A program made the position numbers and the translations under genes. From Flectonema sp. DT1601 (Eukaryota): a stretch of 64,000 nt of DNA. The notes beneath the pieces were generated by a model. It did no database searches, was not told the origin of the DNA, and was given only the letters and a program-made list of their open reading frames with translations. The stretch lies in NCBI GenBank assembly GCA_964019425.1, contig OZ025794.1:682001-746000 (forward strand), read 5' to 3'. Positions 10,625 through 18,577 of the stretch are shown in pieces (the stretch's first letter is position 1; each line of letters begins with the position of its first letter).

Positions 10625-13566
10625 GAGTGATGAAAAACCACTCAGAGCTTATCACTATTGTTTCTTACGCTCTTTGTTACCTCCTGGAAAGGAGCATTTG
10701 CGCTACTAATTATTAATTCAGTTATTGTGATATACATACTACTACTACTTTATTTGTTTTGATTCAAGTGTTTTGAGTGTTATAATACTGTCCAGTTGCG
10801 AACACACTCAAGATTGATTCTCGTGCTGCATCTTTATCTTATTTTACAGTTGTACAGATTAAGGATGAATGCGAGATAAGAACTTCTATTCTTGTTTCCA
10901 AGGGTTTTGATCTTGTATAGTTATTGAGTAGTTCTTTATAAGTCCTTTGATCACTCAGATAGCAATATGCTGAAGTCAATCATTGACTGCCTCTTTGGGC
11001 CTTGCCTTCGTAGAGCTATAAGTGCAAGTGATTCCCCAGGGCAGGTCAAGAGGAAGAAGTTAATGATTGTCCTGACAACTTTTGCAGCAGCTGTTACAGT
11101 AAGCGCTATAATGCTAGCCTATGAGAAGAAGATATTAGTTGTTGCGGTAAATATTATACTTTTAATCTTAAGTATTATTTTGCTAATATTGTTGATCGTG
11201 TTTAAAATGGATTTGACGGATTTCTTACTCGAGGTATTCTGCGGCATTATAATTCTCGGCATATCTGTGCTGGACATTGATTCGGCAATGCTTCAAGAAA
11301 ATCCTAGGTGGCCTATGTTTGTCATCGTTGTTGACGTTCTTCTCGTCTGCGAGGCTCCGATGAGGGCAACTGTTGGAGTTGTGTGTTGGTGTTGTCTGCA
11401 CCTTATACTAATTAGTATAGAGTCTACCTATAGGTTCGGTCTCTTTGACTTACAGTATCAGCACTATTCACAGGAACACCGTCGTGAAAGGTTCGATTGT
11501 GAGAAACTTCCCTGTAACATTCCAATTGATATTTCTGTTGCGGCCCTCACATCTCAGTTTATGGTCTTTCTGATGGACTTCTTCTGCACACGCGGGTTCG
11601 CCGCAGCTCTCTTGGAAGAAAAGAACAACATCCTGGCATCTGTTGATGCTGCGAATGCAATCGCAACTTCACTTTCGAGATTCGATCTTGAGCAGGCTAC
11701 GAGCTTGTTGGAAGATGCAGATATTCCTGGGGGACTGAGAGATGCTTTGGAGCAGATTCTATCGAACCTCCACACATATAGACCTTACTTGCCGCAGTCT
11801 TGTATTCCTGCTTGCTACTCCTCCTCTAGCAGTAGTAGTGAAGAAACAAAAATGTCAAATAGTACATTAAGTACTGCTCAAAGTATCGTAAAAAATGTAG
11901 GAAGGAAGTTTGGGTGTGTTAGTGCTTCCTTGCTGGTCGCAAACATCCGCAATTCGTTTGCAGTACTGCAGCACTCTCAGGATTCCTTTTCAGGTCTCAT
12001 CTCTGATATGATTAGTGCGACGTCTGATGTCATTGTTAAGCATCGAGGAACACTTGACCTGTTCCTGGGGGATCGTGTCTTTGCGAACTTTGGTGGTACG
12101 AGAGCCCACATGAGCCATCCCAAGTCGTGTACGGATGCTGCGATGGCGATCACAAAACTCGCAAATCCGATGTTGGGTCCCTACCGGGAGATGGTGAGTG
12201 AAAGTCTTTCTATGAACATCGGGATGGCTTCTGGAAAGCTTGTGTGTGGAGATCTCGGTAATAAAAGCATATTGCGATTCAGCGTTATTGGAAAACTTTC
12301 TCTCTTGGTTGGTGTTGTTGAAAGGGTTGCATCGATCAAGGGAGTTCCGATGCTTACAGAAGTAGGTTTGTATCATGCAGTAAAGCACACTGCTGAGATT
12401 CGTGTGCACCTTCAAACGGTTCTTCATGATGACACTGAGCATATGCTTTATGAATTGATACCAAAGAAGGATGTCGAAGAAACCGAATGGATGTATCAAC
12501 TCCAGCAGTCAGGATGCGGTGAGTGGGACGCTTTCAATGTTGCTGCTACAACAATGTTGAAAGGTGACACAAAGCCTGATCTTAGTTGTATAGTGATCCA
12601 GGGTGAAATAGCTGAGCAACTTTACAAGTTCAGTAAAAATGGACGTCCTGAGCCATTGGCGATTACGAAAAGGTAGGCACTTTGTGAGTTTTATTGAAAA
12701 ATTATCACTTACGTGATTGGTTTCTTGTTTGTCTTCCATTCCCGTGCTCTAATTGAGGGCCCATTTTTATAAAAGCTTCCGAAAACCATTTACACCCAAA
12801 AACGAGTTGTTTATTTATTACGTCATTTTTATTTGATGTAAATTATATTAACCAAGCAGGGGAAGAAAATTATGCGGCGATTCTCATGTATCCAAGATGA
12901 AGTAAAGAGTGAAGCCGATGAAGAATGACGTAATATTTGGGAGCCCCTGCCTTCAACCCCAGAGGGAGTTCCATAAATCCTCGGAACCTGATCAGAACGT
13001 AGAAGCTGTGCTGTTTGTTTCACATTTGTTGGTGTATTTTAAGATTGTTCTGCAAGTCCTGATCACTTCTGGAAGACGAACTTCTGAAGGCATTCAACAA
13101 AAATGCCGACCAACATGGGGCGCCGGCGATGACGCTGATTCTTCCTTACAAGCCACCAGATGAGGGGGTCATCTGAAAACGGCTGTGACTGGGTTCATTT
13201 CGACCTGGTGATTGGGGGAAAGACATGAACCCACTTGGCAATGGAAGTGCATCAAGATGGGGCGAGACCGCAAGGCAGAACAAAGAGACACGCATCCCTA
13301 CAACGAAGGAGGAGATATCTTTACCCACCTAAGATGTTTCACACAAACTGTGGTGCAGATTACTTCTGCGCAGGGTTGTGCCAGGCCCATTCGGTTTGAC
13401 GGGCACCGGCCCCACCACTACGCCAATTAAAAAATAAATCCTCTCAAAATGGAAAATCGGGTTAAAAATTTAGTGCTTACCCAAGCGAGAGAATAGGAAG
13501 ATTTTAAAACTAGAAGAAACTCACAGCAGTTCATAAACACTTATGAATGTGTGCCTTGTGTGAACT
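10625..13566 (+). repeat. Left arm of a 2,942-bp inverted repeat
   Basis: Reverse complement of 18578-21519. Coordinate sums equal 32144 at both ends and at all mirrored ORFs, and the translations are identical. Confidence 0.97.
10967..12676 (+). CDS. Membrane-bound class III adenylate/guanylate cyclase-like protein (copy 1, degenerate active site)
   Basis: N-terminal TM helices, then a cyclase fold: SLLVANIRNS...FLGDRVFANFG...NIGMASG...GDLG...FSVIG. Confidence 0.8.
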   Translation: MLKSIIDCLFGPCLRRAISASDSPGQVKRKKLMIVLTTFAAAVTVSAIMLAYEKKILVVAVNIILLILSIILLILLIVFKMDLTDFLLEVFCGIIILGISVLDIDSAMLQENPRWPMFVIVVDVLLVCEAPMRATVGVVCWCCLHLILISIESTYRFGLFDLQYQHYSQEHRRERFDCEKLPCNIPIDISVAALTSQFMVFLMDFFCTRGFAAALLEEKNNILASVDAANAIATSLSRFDLEQATSLLEDADIPGGLRDALEQILSNLHTYRPYLPQSCIPACYSSSSSSSEETKMSNSTLSTAQSIVKNVGRKFGCVSASLLVANIRNSFAVLQHSQDSFSGLISDMISATSDVIVKHRGTLDLFLGDRVFANFGGTRAHMSHPKSCTDAAMAITKLANPMLGPYREMVSESLSMNIGMASGKLVCGDLGNKSILRFSVIGKLSLLVGVVERVASIKGVPMLTEVGLYHAVKHTAEIRVHLQTVLHDDTEHMLYELIPKKDVEETEWMYQLQQSGCGEWDAFNVAATTMLKGDTKPDLSCIVIQGEIAEQLYKFSKNGRPEPLAITKR

Positions 13567-13960
13567 CTTCTCTCCTGTCTCAGAATGTACCTTTCACGGT
13601 TTTCGAAGAGAGAGAGACAGGAAACAGACAGAGATTTATCCCCTGGACTAAAAAGCAAAACTAATTTATTTCTGCCAAAGGCTATGAACCATTGGTTCCC
13701 TTGCAACATATTTCTCATTACCTGAGTGCTGTACACTCAGAGGTTGCTTCTTGTAGGGACTTTAAAACAGGTTTTTACCAGGTTTGCGGCTACTTCTCTT
13801 TTTAGTTTCTTTGATTATCAAAGGCTTTTTGGGAAACAGGTGAGCTTGAAATTCTTGGTTCAGCTTGGCCTGCAGGGAAGATCGGCACATTAATGTTCTT
13901 GACCTCGGTGATCATCTCACAATTTGGGTTGACAACACCACGGTCTGTGGTTTAGAAAAA
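13545..13960 (+). mobile_element. Deleted RT/RNase H fragment of a TATE/VIPER-like (DIRS-order) retrotransposon
   Basis: From 13584: NVPFTVFEERETGNRQRFIPWTKKQN*FISAKGYEPLVPLQHISHYLSAVHSEVASCRDFKTGFYQV (RT motif A, stop at 13662). Then GELEILGSAWP and HINVL...IWVDNTTV (RNase H). The YxDD region is missing. Confidence 0.75.
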
Positions 13961-14107
13961 AGATGTGTTCGTTATTAACAAGTTCCTTGGCATGAGCTTA
14001 AGAGAAAACTCCGAAAACATTCTCTTTCTTAGTAACTTCTTTTTTAATGTTTTCTTAATTTCCTCAGGACAGAAGGAGAGGGACCAGACATGACTCAAAA
14101 CAGATGT

Positions 14108-14268
14108 TACTTAATTGAATGAACAAGTCTGAGATTTTCCAAACAATGACACCCCATCCCTGCAGAGGCATCCACAAACACTTCGGTAATTAGCCTTCCT
14201 ATACTGTATGCACCTGGGAAAGAGAAGTATACTTAATTGAATGAACATGCAGTTAACAAGTCTGAGAT
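14108..14268. repeat. Short direct repeat pair
   Basis: tacttaattgaatgaacaagtctgagat at 14108-14135 recurs at 14230-14268 with an 11-nt insertion. Confidence 0.8.
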
Positions 14269-14286
14269 CACTTAGAAGAATCTACA

Positions 14287-15514
14287 CTGTGGTGCAGATT
14301 ACTTCTGCGTAGGGGTTGTACGGGCCGTTTCGATTCGACGGGACACCGTCACCTTCGGCAGTCCTCCCTCATTCTACTCAGGCATAATTATCCTCTCCTT
14401 CTGCACAGCACCGATCCACATTTCCAGTTCCCTCCTTACTGGATGGGGCAATTTTAGTACCTGCTGTACTTGTAGGGTCTTGTTGCAACTGGTTTCCTCC
14501 GTACCTCAATGTGTCTGAAAGAGAGCTGACACCCCTGCATGCTTGGCCAGCCTGCTTATCAGCCCTTCTGAGAGTCCTGCTCTTGGTCCGATGCCAGAAC
14601 TTCCAACACTTATCGCACCCAGTCGAAACTTATTTCTCCTTTTCCCTTGCCCAGGCCCGAAATCTTCTCCACACCGCCTGCTTGCTGTTGTCTTTGAGGC
14701 CCACATCTTCTCTAGTGTTTCTTGAAGTCGGCACTTCTTTGCCGCTTCTTTGCCCCCTCGGGGCATCCCTCCATCATGTTCAGCAGGATTCTTCCAACAT
14801 TGTTTTTTCCTAATTCTTCTGAGGGCATTGTATCCTGACTGTGGATTTGCTTCCATCTCCCTTCCGCTGGGGATCCTCGGACTGCGGATTTTATATTGTT
14901 GTCCGGGCCTCGAACGATCGATTATGGATCTTCTTAACCTTGTTCGTGGCCGGCCGTCCTTCAATACCTGTTTTGAGCGCTTCTGCATAAGTCTTGCTGG
15001 TTTCCTTAACTTCAACCTTGGTAATGGAGTGTTGCTAATACTTGCATACTCCTGTACTCTACCTTCGTCTTGGGAGTACTGTTGTTACTTGCAGGGTCCG
15101 GTCGGCTGGTCACTTCGCGAACCCTCTCCCGTTTCCCGATGCTGGGTTCCCCCCTTTCCATTTTGGTTGCTGCAGCTTCACATATTTGTTCCTCTTAGCT
15201 ATGGCGTTTGCCTTCTCCAACAGGTCTTCCGATGCCACTTTCATTACCATCTCCAGCTCGGATCTCTTCGTCCCATCCTTGCAGAAGTAATGCTGCAAGT
15301 AACACTTCGAGGAGCCTTGTTGTTCCGAGGGTTTGAGCTTTATGGCCAGTTCCTACGGTTCGTCCCCTACCCACTTGTGGGTGGGGGGCACTACCCGGAT
15401 GTGAATTTGATGCAGGGTCTTTGTAAGGTACTAGTGATTCCGGATTTTGTGGGTAAGAATTCTGTGGCATTTTCCTTCTTCCACTTTCTTCAACCAACTT
15501 CCCCAGCCAAATAA
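14287..15514 (-). mobile_element. Internally deleted tyrosine-recombinase retrotransposon (gag-like, YR, RT/RH order)
   Basis: Frameshifted minus-strand peptides: EKMWASKTTASR/QAVWRRFRAWAREK (YR N-terminal-like), ISRLAKHAG...SDTLRYGG (catalytic H/Y-like region), and LKLPHPVRRELEMW (RT-RH linker-like). Confidence 0.6.
14535..15296. repeat. 762-bp direct repeat, copy 1 (copy 2 at 16313-17074)
   Basis: Constant offset of 1778 bp and identical ORF translations. Confidence 0.95.
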
Positions 15515-15539
15515 AATTCCTTACGGAGTTTTGTTCTTA

Positions 15540-15635
15540 GGGGGGGGGGGGGGGGGGGGGTGAGAGTGGGGGAGGGGGGTCACACAATTTTTACCCCCAG
15601 ATCCGGGGGGGGGGGGTGTGCCCAATATAGGGGGG
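15540..15635 (+). promoter_or_regulatory. G-tract region, putative rDNA (Pol I) promoter/initiation site with G-quadruplex potential
   Basis: Several long G-runs ending in atatagggggg (15625-15635), about 600 nt upstream of an 18S 5' end. It resembles the plant Pol I start motif TATATAGGGG. Confidence 0.3.
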
Positions 15636-16231
15636 TAGTAGTCTTGGACCACTGCCTACTATATTGCTTGGACAACCCCTACTTACTTAGGCATGGGACA
15701 CAGTTACTAAGGCGAGACAACTTTCATAAGGCATTTCAATGGAGGACGCAGTCGGTCATGGAAGTCATAACCAACTTAGTTAATTATGTGACTCGTCTAC
15801 TGACACGGCTAACATAGCTGGCTAAGCTTCGTCTCGGTGCGGAGCCCCTGAAGAACCTCAGGGAACTTTTAGGGCAGCCACGCTATGCTGAGGACAGTCA
15901 CGGTAGTGGTCTGAAGACTACTCATCGTGCATGGTTTCATTACACCCGGCCTTGTGCTAGTGCATTAGAACCATCGAGGACAAATCTCTTTACGGATTCG
16001 TTCCAGGCAGTAGTTATCAGACTTGTCTGAGCTACACACATGCCAATGTATTCTGGAAGGCACGATGGTGAAAACCATCACAAGTTCTATAGAGAAGCTG
16101 CTGCTGACCGAAAGGTTTGGTGGTGACTGCCTCTATCAGAACTGCGGAAAAAAAGAGACAACCAACGTCTTGATGCTTTCAACTCTCGGGTGCGTACTTT
16201 CGGGTACTCCCTGTTGGTTAGAGTAACAAGA
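15636..16231 (+). other. Probable rDNA 5' external transcribed spacer
   Basis: Apparently non-coding, hairpin-rich sequence directly contiguous with the 18S 5' terminus. Confidence 0.55.
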
Positions 16232-16312
16232 AACCTGGTTGATCCTGCCAGTAGTCATATGCTTGTTTCAAGGATTAAGCCATGCAAGTCTCAGAGTAAA
16301 TGGATCACATTG
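16232..16312 (+). rRNA. 18S rRNA 5'-terminal fragment (~80 nt, truncated)
   Basis: aacctggttgatcctgccagtagtcatatgcttgtttcaaggattaagccatgc; fused at 16313 to retroelement sequence. Confidence 0.95.
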
Positions 16313-17380
16313 CTGCATGCTTGGCCAGCCTGCTTATCAGCCCTTCTGAGAGTCCTGCTCTTGGTCCGATGCCAGAACTTCCAACACTTATCGCACCCAG
16401 TCGAAACTTATTTCTCCTTTTCCCTTGCCCAGGCCCGAAATCTTCTCCACACCGCCTGCTTGCTGTTGTCTTTGAGGCCCACATCTTCTCTAGTGTTTCT
16501 TGAAGTCGGCACTTCTTTGCCGCTTCTTTGCCCCCTCGGGGCATCCCTCCATCATGTTCAGCAGGATTCTTCCAACATTGTTTTTTCCTAATTCTTCTGA
16601 GGGCATTGTATCCTGACTGTGGATTTGCTTCCATCTCCCTTCCGCTGGGGATCCTCGGACTGCGGATTTTATATTGTTGTCCGGGCCTCGAACGATCGAT
16701 TATGGATCTTCTTAACCTTGTTCGTGGCCGGCCGTCCTTCAATACCTGTTTTGAGCGCTTCTGCATAAGTCTTGCTGGTTTCCTTAACTTCAACCTTGGT
16801 AATGGAGTGTTGCTAATACTTGCATACTCCTGTACTCTACCTTCGTCTTGGGAGTACTGTTGTTACTTGCAGGGTCCGGTCGGCTGGTCACTTCGCGAAC
16901 CCTCTCCCGTTTCCCGATGCTGGGTTCCCCCCTTTCCATTTTGGTTGCTGCAGCTTCACATATTTGTTCCTCTTAGCTATGGCGTTTGCCTTCTCCAACA
17001 GGTCTTCCGATGCCACTTTCATTACCATCTCCAGCTCGGATCTCTTCGTCCCATCCTTGCAGAAGTAATGCTGCTCCAACAAATACCTAACTCTACGAAG
17101 TGGGGGTTTTCTTATGCTACTACATATTCGACCCCGAGTATAAAGTTTTTCAATTGCTTGAAATAACTGAGAAGTTGCTTAAGTGGCTTCCCCCAACTTT
17201 GTATTCGAGGCTGTTGCATACCTCTCTCTGATCCCATGTCGGTCCTTCCCGAACTCATTGCTGCCCATCTTTTTACATCTCTGGCTGCAGATGGGTCGGT
17301 CACCTCCTGTGTTGCTTATTCTTCTTCCGTCTTTGGTGCTTGAGCTACTGGCCCTTGCTGAGTTGTTAGGCCTTCTTCAG
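16313..17380 (-). mobile_element. Second deleted copy of the YR retroelement, plus a purine-rich upstream segment
   Basis: 16313-17074 duplicates 14535-15296. 17075-17380 has similar strand bias and a stop-interrupted frame. Confidence 0.6.
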
Positions 17381-17468
17381 TCGCCAGATAGTAGGTAGGA
17401 AGGAATCTCATTGGTCCATTCATGCGCGTCTTTAATTAGAAGACGAGGCATTTGGCTACCTTAAGGGG

Positions 17469-17501
<33 letters not shown>

Positions 17502-17721
17502 ACCTGATCTCCCAGCGTTGACATTCAGGGCACTCGCCACCGCTGTGATGAAGCGACATGCTGTGGTTTAATTAACCAGTTGGTGTAGACACGACATGCG
17601 GTCTGACACAGAAGGCTTCCGAGCCCACGAGAGGTCCCGCGAGACCCTTCGCAGACCCTTCAACCTAAACCCATGAAAGAGCCACACCGTTATCCACATG
17701 TGTCCTCGGAGCCAATCCTTT

Positions 17722-17757
<36 letters not shown>

Positions 17758-18577
17758 CCCTACATTGTTCTGTCGGCCAGGGGCTTTTAGCCTAGGAGAC
17801 CTATTGCGGTTAACGGCCTGATGCAAGAGAAGAGATCTCCCCTGCCTTTTCCATGCACATCCACCAGACACCCTACTGCACAAAAGAGTGCAGCTTTCCA
17901 GGGTAATTGTCCCTGCCCCCGATTGATGCATTTCAAGGGGCAATCATTCCTTCAAAAAGAGACGAACGACTACGTCATCCGGCCCTTTGAGAATAGGTCG
18001 AGGAAACGATATCCCCAATGCCTCCAATCATTCGCTTTACCTGGCGTAACTCCTTTTATGGTTCCAGCTATCCCGAGGGAAACTTCGGAGTGAACTAGAT
18101 GGTTCGATGGGTCTTTCGCCCCTATACCCAGCTTTGACGAGCGATTTGCACGTCAACACCGCAACGGACCTCCACCAGGGTTTCCCCCGGCTTCGTCCTA
18201 CCCAGGCATAGTTCACCATCTTTCGGGCCCCAACAAGTGTACTTTACCTCAAATCCTTTTCCAATAAATCGGGATCGGGCTGTGCTGCAGGGGTTGGCAC
18301 ATAAAGTCCCTTTCAGTGCGGCTTATGGGTTTGACACCCTAAACCTTGCACACGTGTTAGACTCCTTGGTCCGTGTTTCAAGACGGGTAGTGCAAGATCG
18401 CTACGTCTGGTGCGTGCACTGCGGGGGTGGCACTCCGGGAGATATTTAGCCTTAGCAGAGGGATACCTGCCAATTAGCTCAGCATTCCCAAACTGAGCGA
18501 CTCTTGCTGACTGTGAAGGTAGACTGGATGGCTGCTCAGATGTATGGGGCTCTCACCCTCTTTGGTGACCCCATTCC
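17381..18577 (-). rRNA. 28S (LSU) rRNA pseudogene fragment with multiple internal deletions
   Basis: Conserved LSU blocks on -: acccgtcttgaaacacggaccaaggag, cccgaaagatggtgaactatgcc, gatccgtaacttcgggaaaaggattggctc, gcgggagtaactatgac..ttaaggtagccaaatgcctcgtc. A span normally over 2 kb is compressed to about 1.2 kb. Confidence 0.95.

Noticed and set aside
15536..15560. Telomeric seed (ttaggg)
   Set aside because: It is a single ttag followed by poly-G; there is no TTAGGG array.
14506..17398. ORF-track entries of 60-254 aa in the spacer
   Set aside because: They are antisense or frameshifted read-outs of decayed retroelement and rDNA sequence, not genes.
17450..17470. R2 retrotransposon insertion
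   Set aside because: The R2 target site is uninterrupted and no non-LTR RT/RLE ORF is present.
13567..18577. Centromere
   Set aside because: Degenerate retroelements plus rDNA at a strand switch recall trypanosome centromeres, but there is no satellite array and sequence alone cannot support the call.
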